A stretch of DNA of 63,790 nt, the filler included, from Stramenopiles sp. TOSAG23-2 (lineage: Eukaryota): the NCBI GenBank assembly GCA_900128395.1. It is 5 parts of 5 records of this genome, joined end to end, with 100 filler letters (N's around TTAATTAATTAA, not from the genome) between each part and the next. Parts side by side here need not be neighbours in the genome. Positions count along the whole stretch, not along the records: positions 29,381 to 58,657 come from LT649392.1; positions 58,758 to 60,369 come from LT652606.1; positions 60,470 to 62,080 come from LT652607.1; positions 62,181 to 63,790 come from LT652608.1; 1 more part is not named here. The stretch is one strand, 5' to 3'. Each line of letters opens with the position of its first letter. The stretch's first letter is position 1. The notes beneath the pieces were generated by a model. That model was not told the origin of the DNA. It saw nothing but the letters and a program-made list of their open reading frames with translations, and did not search any database. This document shows, piece by piece, positions 52,488 through 63,718 of this stretch. The position numbers and the translations under genes were made by a program.

Positions 52488-54503
52488 TCAATCCTCAAAA
52501 AAAATTTGCGGTAATCCATTACTAAAAATACTTTCTATTTTTTCACTTTGAATACGCTTACGAGTATTTGGAAATAATTCAGAATTAGAATCTGCCCAAA
52601 TATATGCATCGTGTATCGTTGAACCTGCATTAGCTAATGTTTGTAATGCACGTACATTTTTATTATTATTTGTAGCGTTTGTCAATGAAATTTTAGATAT
52701 TCCATGTGAATAATTTTCAACATCAGTTTTCAATTGCATATGTTTCTTCATATTCTCCTCTTTTTCCAAACGTTTTGTTTCACTGCGTATTAAACGCTCA
52801 TATGCATTTGGCCCTTCCATGGTATATAATAAACACATTGTAGCTGCTACTACTATAGAGCCATAAATTATATTTTCAGGATTTGCCCGTTGCAAAACTC
52901 CTAAGACACATGTCAAAGCATTCATATCCACTAAATGTTCTGGTGTATATTTTTCTTTACGCCAATGTGTATATAATTGCATAAATATATGTGGGTCAGA
53001 TCGATTAAATTCCAATACACGTACAATTTCATAATCAATTACATATTGCCCATCTTCTTTCTCGCTATTATTATTCTTTAATGAAGTATCTCGAATGTCG
53101 TCATTATTATTATCCTGTTCATCATCAAAATCATCATCAACAGATGCTTTTTGTTGCTTAATATCGGCACGTAAACGGTTGTATAAATCTTGCGATGCGT
53201 TAATTTGCTTTTCATATGTTTCTAAAGCATTATTTTCTATCAGACCATCATCATCGTTGTTTCCATGCGTCTTCTTATCATCGTTGTTGTTATTGTTAAC
53301 GTCATCTTTATTAGTTGGTGATGGAGGTATTGATAATACTTTTGATGTTTCTATATTTTGTTTATCATTTGCTAACCATTGCATAGCCCAATTATATATA
53401 TGATCCAAGACTGCCTCTTTCGATATATCACCTTTACTATGATTTTCATTGTATTTTGTATCACGATATAAAGTTGAATAATGTATATTAAATATATATC
53501 GATTGACTATATATGTATGCAATAATGTACGTATAATGGATAAGCCGCTTTTGTCTTTCATCTTGTCATTGGAAGTTAAATATCCATAACATAATTTAAT
53601 AAAGCTTTTTTGTCGTTGGCCGTTATTATTGCTATTATTGTCACCCTGCTGTTGCTGTTGTTTTTCCTCCTCTTCCTTCTCCATTATTGTTAATCCATGG
53701 TATGTTGTACATAAAAATAATGAATATATTGCACATGATTGTGCACTTGTAAATGCAAAAAATGCTGCATCATTACCATAAAATGCAGCGACAATAGTAT
53801 CGATCAACGTAAATATGTCAGCTTTTATTTTTATCATACGTATTAAATTCAAACAAATGGATCGCCATACAATTTTATGTAAAAACAAATTATCTTCGTT
53901 TTCATTTAATAGTTTAACGGCTGATTCCAATACTCTTCCACCACCTTGTTGCCCATACAACATCATGGCTTCGTGACGTTCCTCATCGTGAGTTATTTCA
54001 TCATCACTCATTGGTCCTAATTGATATCGTAATTTTTTATACAATTTTTCTAAGCGGTTAATAACACTGAAGGGTTTGCTGGGTGTGAAGACTAATGCTG
54101 GCGATGTTGGAGATTGGCTTCCATTTCCATCGCTATTGCTGTTATTGTTGGGACTGTTATTATTGTTAGGATTATTATTATGACTTAGACTGTCAGCCTT
54201 TTTCACAGACAATAAAGAAGTTTCTTTTATTTTCATTGGCGAACTTGGTGGAGATAAAAAAGTTCCTTTATCGGCTAAATATAGTAATTGTTTCTTTTTC
54301 TCTTTAATGGTTGGTGTCGAGTCAGGGTGTAAACGATAGACCGTAGAGGTAATTTTAGATGTATTTAATGAATTATCTGGTTTACTTTTTTTTTCTAACT
54401 GTGCTTTTCGTATATTTTCCTTTCGCTGATACAATTTCTTATTAGGTACACGTGGTGCATTTGAAACTTTAGACGAGGAGGAGGAGGATGCAACACAACC
54501 CAT
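52488..54503 (-). CDS. Hypothetical protein with N-myristoylation/palmitoylation-type N-terminus
   Basis: MGCVASS start, long intact ORF with helical regions and poly-Asn tracts; no recognised catalytic motif. Confidence 0.65.
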   Translation of the reverse strand: MGCVASSSSSSKVSNAPRVPNKKLYQRKENIRKAQLEKKSKPDNSLNTSKITSTVYRLHPDSTPTIKEKKKQLLYLADKGTFLSPPSSPMKIKETSLLSVKKADSLSHNNNPNNNNSPNNNSNSDGNGSQSPTSPALVFTPSKPFSVINRLEKLYKKLRYQLGPMSDDEITHDEERHEAMMLYGQQGGGRVLESAVKLLNENEDNLFLHKIVWRSICLNLIRMIKIKADIFTLIDTIVAAFYGNDAAFFAFTSAQSCAIYSLFLCTTYHGLTIMEKEEEEKQQQQQGDNNSNNNGQRQKSFIKLCYGYLTSNDKMKDKSGLSIIRTLLHTYIVNRYIFNIHYSTLYRDTKYNENHSKGDISKEAVLDHIYNWAMQWLANDKQNIETSKVLSIPPSPTNKDDVNNNNNDDKKTHGNNDDDGLIENNALETYEKQINASQDLYNRLRADIKQQKASVDDDFDDEQDNNNDDIRDTSLKNNNSEKEDGQYVIDYEIVRVLEFNRSDPHIFMQLYTHWRKEKYTPEHLVDMNALTCVLGVLQRANPENIIYGSIVVAATMCLLYTMEGPNAYERLIRSETKRLEKEENMKKHMQLKTDVENYSHGISKISLTNATNNNKNVRALQTLANAGSTIHDAYIWADSNSELFPNTRKRIQSEKIESIFSNGLPQIFFED

Positions 54504-55077
54504 AATAATAATAATGACAACGATTAATCGTGTTTTATAATCGATGGGAATGGCGTTGTTATTCTGTTTTGTGGATTGATTGTTGTTGTTGTTGTTTCGA
54601 TGGTATGGTATATATGCGTTCAGGTATTTGTAATTACGTGTATATTCAATTATTTGATGTGTTGGTTGGATTTATAGTATTATAGTTATTATTATTAGCA
54701 GTATTTATTATTATTATTTATTATCAGAATATAGCTGGATAGTATAGGAAGTTATTGTGGAATTTAAATTGCAACAATTATGAGGTATTATTAAAGCTAG
54801 TTATAGCAGTTAGTAGCATTAAATAGTTTCTCCCTCCTGCCTGCTGCTGCCTGGTAAATAGGTACCTTACATCAGTAAGAAGAAATAGTTGGTCTTACCG
54901 AAAATATATATACTTATTATTTCATTAATACAATATATATACATATATATTCCAGTATTCAACAGACATAAATACACAATCGCACAATTCATCAAGAATC
55001 CATTCACAAATATAATATATTGCATATTCTAATACTACAAATTATATACAGAAACAATACAATAAAAACCAAAACAT

Positions 55078-56034
55078 ATGTCAGGTAGAAACAACAAAAA
55101 TATACGTAATAATAATAAACGTCCATCACATACGAAACAATTAGGAAATGATAATGATAGATTATTGCAATTTTTTAATGTAGAAGGAACGAAACGAAAA
55201 TATTTAAATAATGAACAAGTTGAACAATATAATAATATGGGATATGTTTTTCCAATTGATATATTTTCAACAAATGAAATTAAGAAACATAAATCATATT
55301 TTGATCTATTAGTAGAAAAGGCTATGGAAAAAGGCCATGATGCATATTCAATTATGAATTGGCATAATATTTGTACTGGATTATATGATTTAGCATATAA
55401 CCCAAAAATATTAGATATTGTTGAAGATTTACTTGGACCTAATTTAGTATTATTTCGTGCACATTATTTTTGTAAATTACCAGCAGGGCAAGATGATCGT
55501 GTTGTTACATTTCATCAAGATGCACCATATTGGCCAATAACACCATCAAAATGTGTCACAGTGTGGCTCGCGATTACAGATGTAAATGAAGAAAATGGTG
55601 CAATGACATTTGTTGATGGTACACATAAATTAGGATTGATACCATACAGTAAAAGTAAAAAAGAGGAAAGAAATGTTTTAAATTTAACAGTCCATGATCC
55701 AGAAAAATATGGTTCAAATAATAAAAAAGTTTGTTTAAAAGCTGGACAAGCATCGTTACATTCTGATTTATTATTACATGGTTCTGGTATTAATGAAAGC
55801 AATCAACCACGTATTGGTTTAGCCTTAAGTTATCATCCACCAGATGTACGTGCTGTTGTTAATGGTAGGCGTGGTTTTGGTTTTCTATGTCGTGGTATTG
55901 ATATTGATAATTATTGGAATTTAAAACCAAAACGACCTATTGTTGATAGGATACCAAAATTTCATGGTGTTGGTGGTAATATGCCACGGCAAAAAAAAAA
56001 GAAGAAGAATGATCAAAAAAAGGCAAAGTTATGA
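55078..56034 (+). CDS. Phytanoyl-CoA dioxygenase (PhyH)-family enzyme, peroxisomal
   Basis: FHQD..YW, TVWLAI.D...ENG.M..V.G.H, L.AG..S.H...L.HGS..N.S..PR; C-terminal PTS1 AKL. Confidence 0.88.
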   Translation: MSGRNNKNIRNNNKRPSHTKQLGNDNDRLLQFFNVEGTKRKYLNNEQVEQYNNMGYVFPIDIFSTNEIKKHKSYFDLLVEKAMEKGHDAYSIMNWHNICTGLYDLAYNPKILDIVEDLLGPNLVLFRAHYFCKLPAGQDDRVVTFHQDAPYWPITPSKCVTVWLAITDVNEENGAMTFVDGTHKLGLIPYSKSKKEERNVLNLTVHDPEKYGSNNKKVCLKAGQASLHSDLLLHGSGINESNQPRIGLALSYHPPDVRAVVNGRRGFGFLCRGIDIDNYWNLKPKRPIVDRIPKFHGVGGNMPRQKKKKKNDQKKAKL

Positions 56035-56531
56035 AAGGATTGTGTCGTTGTATTGTCTCATGTATATATATATATATTTGCAATATATCATATATATTAA
56101 TAGTTGTACACACAAAATGGTATATATATACGTTTTTTTTTTGAAGAGTTTTAAGTCCTCTATGTGTTGTGTGTGCTGTTTTTTATTACGACGTACGTCG
56201 TACGTCAGAGAGTATTGTTACGAACAGTTTAAAATAAAATATTTTTTTTATAAAAGATATTTTTAATGTACTATCCAGATAATATAATCATAAAAATATA
56301 ATAATGTTTTTTATAAATCTATCATCACATGTAAAAAATAAATAAAATGTTACGCGCGCTTCATATAATTTACTAGATTTCATTTTAATATTATCATCTC
56401 TACTCTCGGACAGAAAAATATGTATATACGCGTATGCCATATATATTTTTGATCGACGTATATTTTGTTAAACATTTTGTATCTCCTCCAGCTTCCTCGC
56501 CTATTAATCCCCCCTCGCTCCACAAACTTCC

Positions 56532-57725
56532 TCACAACTTGGACGATGGTTGCTTTGGCTTTTTTCTTCTCGTATCATTGTAACTTGCTGGACCAGGCCA
56601 AAATGCATCATCACGTACACTTCTAAATGCTTTTACAATTTCATCACGTTGTGGTTTAGGTGGTGGTGTACGTCCATATGCAGGTAAATTATTATGATCT
56701 GCTATGTACATTTCATTTTTCAATGATGATGCACCATCAACTTTAATAGTTTCCCCAGTTGTAAATGCAGATGCAGGCGATAATAAGAAACAAACTGCTG
56801 CTGATACTTCTTCCACTGTACCAATTCGTTTTGCTGGACAACGTAGCCATTGACTTGATAATAAAATTTCACCACCACTTGCATTTTTATAATTTTCACC
56901 AGCAGTTGCACTCCATATAATTCCAGGTGCAACTGAATTGACACGTACACCATTTTGTGCCCATTCGACAGATAATGATTTTGTTAAATTAATAATACCA
57001 GCTCTAGCAGCACCTGTATGTGACATACCAGGAAAACCTGTGCGTAAATATAAATATTATAGATGTATTATTTGTTAGTGTCTACGTCTGGATGATGTGT
57101 ACATCGGAGTAATATATATATTTATATTCCCATATAATACATTTTTATATTATTGGAGAAAAAAAAGTAATAAAAACTTACCTTTCCATACATCTGCAAC
57201 AATATTCACAATGGCACCACCATTATTTCGCATCCATTGTGTAAATGCTTCTCTACAACAAACAAATGTCCCATTTAAATTTAAGCTGATTACACTTTCC
57301 CATCCTTTTGTTTTTATTCGACCAGCACTACTTGGAAATTGACCACCAGAATTATTTATTAAAAAATCAATACGATGGTGTTTTTCAAGTACGGTTGACA
57401 TTAAATGTTTAATTTCTTCTTCTTTTTTAATATCACATTGTACATAAGAGACATTTTGATTTGTTGGAACAAGTGATTTTAATTCAATGACTGCATCGTT
57501 TAATTTGTCTACTTTTCTAGATGCAATGACGACAGTGCACGATAATTCTAACAATTCACGTGCAATTTGTTTACCAATACCAGTGCCACCACCTGTTACT
57601 ATTGCAACTTTATGTTGAAATAAATTATGACGAAAGATGGATTTATTATCTTGTAATAATGGGGAAAAGGAGGGTGGTGGTGGTGCTTGTTGGGAGGAAG
57701 CATTTGTATTGTTGTTTTGTAACAT
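56532..57725 (-). CDS. PECR: Peroxisomal trans-2-enoyl-CoA reductase (two exons: 57725-57182, 57037-56532)
   Basis: VAIVTGGGTGIG, NNSGGQF.S, spliced junction gives ADVWKG-FPGMSHTGAARAG, EWA..GVRVN.VAPG, PAKR.G..EE; C-terminal SKL. Confidence 0.92.
57038..57181 (-). other. Spliceosomal intron in PECR (144 nt)
   Basis: GTAAGT donor at 57181, ACTAAC branch site near 57075-57079, CACAG acceptor at 57038; removal restores the conserved reading frame. Confidence 0.9.
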
Positions 57726-58441
57726 GGTATGTGTTGTATCTGGTTGATTTAATATAATATATGACGATTTAAAAATGTTTTTGTAGTTTCGATGACAATA
57801 TGTCTTGTTTTGTGTTTTTTTTTTACGTTTGAAATAATATGTATGTGTGTATTGTGTGATATATGTTTTTATCGATCAAAGATATATCTTTTTTTTTTGT
57901 TGTTCAAGTGTTGTTTTCAACAAAAAAATTCATTAATTTTATTGGCTAATTTTTAATTTTATTTTTTTATATATTTAAATATTTTTATAATTATTTTATC
58001 TATAAATATGCATAACAAATGAACAATAAGTATTAAATTGGATTTAGATTTAATTTTTAAAATAACATATAATTCAATTTAACATTATTATTTACATAGA
58101 TAATAAGTAATTAACTATAAAAATATGATAAAAACATTAAAACGCTATTTATAATATTTGATGTTTTAATACTATTTTTATCAAGAAAAATAGTTATCTG
58201 CCTTAAATAAAATATAAAATAGGATTAAAATAAAAATAAAGTATAAAAAATAACGAGATTTGTTCCAAGCTAGAACAGAGAGATGATGTTACTATACCAG
58301 GAGCACCAGATATTATTACACTGTATAATATATATCCAAATATCAAAATCAAAATGTGTAATTACAAAAAATACAAGTCCAAAATCCCAATCTCCTTTCC
58401 CCGCACAAAACAAAACAAAAAACTACATCATCACACTCACA

Positions 58442-58657
58442 ATGGGTTGTAATCAAAGTAAATCTACAACGACTATCACCAACAATCATCAACAACAATC
58501 AATAACAGAACAAACAACATCTACCAATTCATATGTCTATCAAACACCAACAATTAATAATAATAATAAAAAAAAACAATACTTGATAAAAGGCATACCA
58601 GTAAAATGACGCCAATGTCAAATGTTTGTTGGGTGTTGAACAATTATAGCATGGGTA
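58442..58657 (+). CDS. 5' fragment of an N-acylated protein (MGCNQSK), truncated at contig end
   Basis: MGC..S acylation motif; the annotated frame stops at 58609, but one extra A in the A9 run at 58568-58576 gives an open frame to the contig end (…VLNNYSMG). Confidence 0.4.
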
Positions 58658-58757
58658 NNNNNNNNNNNNNNNNNNNNNNNNNNNNNNNNNNNNNNNNNNN
58701 NTTAATTAATTAANNNNNNNNNNNNNNNNNNNNNNNNNNNNNNNNNNNNNNNNNNNN
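58658..58757. other. Artificial contig-joining spacer
   Basis: N44-TTAATTAATTAA-N44. Confidence 0.99.
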
Positions 58758-58851
58758 TAATGTCTACTAATACATCACTAGGGCATAATAATTCGCAAAA
58801 TGCAGCAGCGTCGTTTGTACCACCAAAATATACACCTGGGACTCTCTCTGG

Positions 58852-58972
58852 CTCTTGATCAATACAGCAGAGATTATATATCCAAATAAAACACAAACAC
58901 ACACGCAGCAGAAACCTTCTCTTGCCGTCTCTCTACAGTATCTCTTGATCAATACAGCAGAGATTATATATC
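58852..58972. repeat. 31-bp exact direct repeat x2 (58852-58882, 58942-58972)
   Basis: CTCTTGATCAATACAGCAGAGATTATATATC twice. Confidence 0.9.
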
Positions 58973-59146
58973 GTGTGCTTTATGATGATCCTTAGACGAC
59001 CCTCATCACTTTGCCAATTGCTATTTAGATCATTTCATTAGCATATATATACCAGGTATAAATATATATAAGCTTAATGTGCACATATTATTTTGTATTT
59101 TTAACTTTTAACGGAACATTTTCAGTATTCTAATATACCTTTCAAG

Positions 59147-59425
59147 TACATATTATGAGTCATGTGATAGGAAAACCAATTGGATGTTGTATACTAAGAT
59201 ACCGTTTAAGTACAAATATAATAATGAAAATCTTAAGACCTGCTGTATACCTACTATTTTATGGTGATTTGTGACATATATAACACCTGCTGTGTACCTG
59301 GGAAATTTGGAGAAATATCGCCTGCTGTGCTGCTGTGTATACATATTATGAGTCATTTGATAGGAAAACCCTTGGGATGTTGTATACTAAGATACCATTT
59401 AAGTACATATATAATAGTGAAAATC
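59147..59425. repeat. 86-bp imperfect direct repeat x2 (59147-59232, 59340-59425)
   Basis: TACATATTATGAGTCAT.TGATAGGAAAACC...GGATGTTGTATACTAAGATACC.TTTAAGTACA.ATATAATA.TGAAAATC. Confidence 0.88.
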
Positions 59426-60022
59426 GAAAATCTGAGAAAAAAAAACACAAAAACTGTCGAAAATCTTTGTGATGATCTTTCGATTTTCGATCTTTCCAGC
59501 TTTTTTTTGACGACAGCATTTTTTATCATAATAAACATAGCACCACAGCACCACCACATCTTATTTTCATACAGAATAATATTACAACATATTTCGGATT
59601 TTGAGCATATTTATGATAAATTTTATACTAATTATACTACATATATTTCGTTTTATAAATAAAAGTTTACGAAACTTATTTAGATTTACCAATTCTAGTT
59701 AGTACCAAGGAAAAAGTAAAAAAAATTAGATTCGTTTAAAAAAAATTTGTAAGAAAGATGATTAGCTATTAAATTGCCAAGTTACATGCCATGTATGCCA
59801 TTTATTTAGTACGTATAATTAAAATTTCCATTTAAATTATCAATTTATTTTACTTCATACCAATATATAATAAAGTATTTAATTTAATTTACTTGTTTCA
59901 TAATACATACAATAACTCCATCTTATCAGTTGAAAAATCTTATAGTATTTGCAACTTATATATTTTTTATTTATATTATTTATTATTATTATTATAATTT
60001 AAATTATTATTAGAAACTCACA

Positions 60023-60058
<36 letters not shown>

Positions 60059-60369
60059 TTAACAATCATAAATATACATAAACATATATAAACAAGAGTG
60101 ACAATACAACATATACATACACAACGTAATACGTGTATACATAGATATCCGAGTAAAGTATATTACTATCACACACACACACACATAGACACACACACAC
60201 ACACACACATACACACACAAATAGGTATATACAAATTAATAGTTTTAATATACGTATATATAATATATAGACACAATCTTCTCTAAATTTATATATATTT
60301 ATATAGACTTAAAAAAATATACTATGGCAGATCATGTAACTAAATTTCAAGATGAAGCATATGCTGATT

Positions 60370-60469
60370 NNNNNNNNNNNNNNNNNNNNNNNNNNNNNNN
60401 NNNNNNNNNNNNNTTAATTAATTAANNNNNNNNNNNNNNNNNNNNNNNNNNNNNNNNNNNNNNNNNNNN
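60370..60469. other. Artificial contig-joining spacer
   Basis: N44-TTAATTAATTAA-N44. Confidence 0.99.
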
Positions 60470-61226
60470 TATTAATTCACATAACAATTCACCTTGTTGC
60501 TTCCCTTTAAAATCAATAATAGGCGTACCTTCCTCAATTTCCAATAAAAAAGACAATGAATCCATGTAAATTAATGCTTTACCAATAATTTGTGCTTCTG
60601 GTGGATCCCAAAATGGATCGTTTTCTGGCTCATATGCATTTGCCAATTGCTCTAATTCACGATCGTACATATACACAAATGCATTGTACATATCTCTCAT
60701 GATGTACAATCGATTGTCAAATTTCGCCAATTGCCAAACTACAGGTGGTTGCCGATTATCCGTAAATTCTACATTAATACCGATATTACTATCCAAAATA
60801 TTTGTCATGCTACCTTTTCTAGATGGGCTTTTGCCCATTTTCTTCTTCTTTTTTTTCGGTGATACCTTCTTTCAAACGATCACCAGTAGCACCAGTAGAA
60901 CTAGCTCTTTCACTTCCTGCTAAATCTATTAAATTAATTAATGCGACTTTTTGTGTTTTTTTACCCGCATCATTTTTGCTAACTTGTACAAATGAAACTT
61001 GAAATACTGTATGTGCTCTTGAACTTGTAGCATTCATATTTGTCGAAGCAACTGTCCTTGCAGCTGCGCCACGCTCCATCCATTCTTCTACTTGTTCAAA
61101 TGAACTAACAGCATTTTTACTTAAATTACCTACATACGGTCCACGTTTTGGATCTTGACGAATTTTTAAACCACCTTTTGGTGGTGCAGTAGAACTGAAT
61201 AAATCCCTAATTTGTTCATTGTAAAG
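60470..61226 (-). pseudogene. Kinesin-3 (KIF28/KLP-6-like) fragment with internal deletion and frameshift
   Basis: Motor motifs YNEQIRDL, RTVASTNMNATSSRAH, INLIDLAGSER, GATGDRLKEG, joined out of frame to the tail region W...KF.NRLY.MRDMY...DPFWDPPE..IG.A. Confidence 0.8.
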
Positions 61227-62080
61227 CTAAATTGGTGGAAACAAATAAAGACTAACGTAAAGAGAAATATACGGAAACATATCTTGAAATATCTGTGGAA
61301 ACCATCACCAATGGAAGATGGAAGATATGGATTTAAATGTAGATATTTGAAAGATGCCATTGTTAAGACATATGCATGTTGTTTAGATTGCTAAATAAAT
61401 AATTTTCAATCAAACTACGGGTGCTACGTAAAAAAGGTAAAAGGAAAAAGGTGTGAGATCTGGGTGGGATCTGGGAGATGTACATTATAGTGCTATGCCT
61501 ATAATACATAATACCTGTGTCATATTGCTGCAAATCCTATTTCTTTTGTAGTCTAAGCACGGAAGAACTTTGAAATTTATAATTCTGAAAAAAAAATGTG
61601 ACTTTAAAATAAAAAATACTGCTCGTTATCGTGTGGGTTTTGTCAGAAATCGTTAAAAGAAAAATAATGGATAAATAAGGAGGATAAAAAAATATATATA
61701 CAATGTATGATATAATGAATGTTTTAGGTAAGTTGGTTATTATGAAAAATAATATCGGATATTTGATATTGTATGCATAATTTCTTCTTGTCGTTCTTCA
61801 TCAAAAATATTATTTTTTAATTTAAATTATAGTTGCAGTGCATATACACATACTAAAGAAAGAAATACAATAACTGAGAGACACAATTTTAAATATTTAT
61901 CTCACTAAACTCTAGTAATGTTATAATATATAATATATATTTTTCATTAAAATAGAATTTTATTACTACTGAGACGTGTATGATATTTTATTTTATAAAA
62001 ATTAACATGATAAAAATCTCATCTTTTCTTCTCTGGTGATTTGTTCTGTACCTGTGTTTCATTTTTTCAATCCTTGTTGC

Positions 62081-62180
62081 NNNNNNNNNNNNNNNNNNNN
62101 NNNNNNNNNNNNNNNNNNNNNNNNTTAATTAATTAANNNNNNNNNNNNNNNNNNNNNNNNNNNNNNNNNNNNNNNNNNNN
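62081..62180. other. Artificial contig-joining spacer
   Basis: N44-TTAATTAATTAA-N44. Confidence 0.99.
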
Positions 62181-62338
62181 TTTGTAAAAATATATATATA
62201 TTACTCCAATTATTGCTATTCTTGTTTCTGTTTTTCTTTATTCCGATTGTATTTTTTTTGATATAGAGAGATTAGATAGAATGAACGACACCTTGTACAA
62301 TAACACGGAATAACGTATATTACAACATTACAAAAAAA

Positions 62339-63718
62339 ATGTCGTCGTTAACATCTGCATCAAAAATTGCTACTAAAAATGTAGCTATCACATGCATAGT
62401 TGGAGATGAAACTGGATTATTAAAATCAGTACATTTTCCAAATGTATTTGCAAAAAAAAGCGATATTGTAAATGATAATAATAATAATAATAACAACAAC
62501 AACAATCATCAACATGATTCTAAAAGGCGAAAAATGAACAATGGTGATAGGCATAATGACATAGAGGACGAGGGAGAGGAAGATGTAATAATTGATGAAC
62601 AAGATCGTATCGATCAACAGCGAGAAAAAGAAAGAAAGAAAAAATTAATGGAAGCAATTAAACCGAAAACAATTCGAATTAATGGCTCAACGACGCAGGA
62701 AAGAAATAACGGTATAGATGCATTATGCATTGATCGCAATGCTAGGAATGACACCATCGTATCAATCGCAACTAGAAGTGGCATAGTGCAAGAATGGTCA
62801 ACGGAAAGGAAAAAAATTATTGCTCAAACAAAGTTACAACATTTTAATGTACCAAATGCAATGACAAAAACGAAAAGTCCAACGAAAAAAGGGACACATA
62901 TTAGTAAAAAAAATCGTAATGCACACTTATCATTGTATTCGAAATTAAATGGTATTGAAAAAGTTGTTGGAATATGTAATGTTGGTAATAGTGATGGTGG
63001 CGAAATTAAGAATGTTGCTACCTGTTCCAATTTCGGTAATTTGCGCATAAGCAGTTTGCCATCGAATGACAATAAAGAGTTACACATGTCAGTTGGGGAA
63101 CCAATTAGTAAGATGAGGCAATCACCTTTTAATCGGGATGTGATTGCAGTTGGTGGAAAGCAATTAGATTTACGATTGTATAGCTTGAATGAAAAGAAAC
63201 AAATTTGGAAAGCAAAAAATGTACCAAATGATTGGTTAAACATGCCAGTTCCAGTATGGGTATGTGATATGGATTTTTTTAAAGAAGAAAACGGTGATAT
63301 GCCATCTTCTTCGTCTGCTAATCATCACAAATTAGTTGTCGGCACTGGTTTTAGTGAAATAAGAATATACGATACAAGAGCAGGGCAAAAACCTGTGCAT
63401 TTTTATGAATTACCAAATGTTGAAAACAAAGATAAGCCACCTTTCATGTCTGTTTGCGCATCCCCTGATGGTAAATCTGTTTTTGCTGGTGATACACAAG
63501 GTCGTGTATTACGTGTTGATGTTGGTACTGGTAAAGTTATCTGTAAATATAAAAGTTTTACCGGGTCTGTACGAAGATTACAAGTACATCCAAAGTTGAA
63601 CAATGTTCTATTGTCTATATCAATTGACCGAATTTTACGGGTACATCATATAGAATCACGGAAATTATTGATGCGGATGTATTTAAAGCAGAGGTTAAAT
63701 GCAATGGAAGTGTATTAA
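62339..63718 (+). CDS. WDR74: WD-repeat ribosome biogenesis factor Nsa1/WDR74
   Basis: VGDETGLLK, A.GG...L..Y.L....IWKAKNVPNDWL...VPVW..D..F, IRIYD.R...KPV, GSVR....HP, S.S.DR.LRVH, YLKQRL. Confidence 0.92.
   Translation: MSSLTSASKIATKNVAITCIVGDETGLLKSVHFPNVFAKKSDIVNDNNNNNNNNNNHQHDSKRRKMNNGDRHNDIEDEGEEDVIIDEQDRIDQQREKERKKKLMEAIKPKTIRINGSTTQERNNGIDALCIDRNARNDTIVSIATRSGIVQEWSTERKKIIAQTKLQHFNVPNAMTKTKSPTKKGTHISKKNRNAHLSLYSKLNGIEKVVGICNVGNSDGGEIKNVATCSNFGNLRISSLPSNDNKELHMSVGEPISKMRQSPFNRDVIAVGGKQLDLRLYSLNEKKQIWKAKNVPNDWLNMPVPVWVCDMDFFKEENGDMPSSSSANHHKLVVGTGFSEIRIYDTRAGQKPVHFYELPNVENKDKPPFMSVCASPDGKSVFAGDTQGRVLRVDVGTGKVICKYKSFTGSVRRLQVHPKLNNVLLSISIDRILRVHHIESRKLLMRMYLKQRLNAMEVY

Noticed and set aside
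55078-56034. PhyH-family protein as a non-haem halogenase
   Set aside because: Retains HQD (Asp ligand) instead of HxA/G
57150-57725. Two separate SDR ORFs (57150-57725 and 56532-57026)
   Set aside because: They are two exons of one PECR gene joined by a canonical intron
58852-58972. 31-bp direct repeats as a CRISPR array
   Set aside because: Only two copies, 59-bp spacer, non-palindromic, eukaryotic context, no cas genes
692-63718. Alternative nuclear genetic code
   Set aside because: All conserved genes translate fully with the standard code and end in TAA, TAG or TGA
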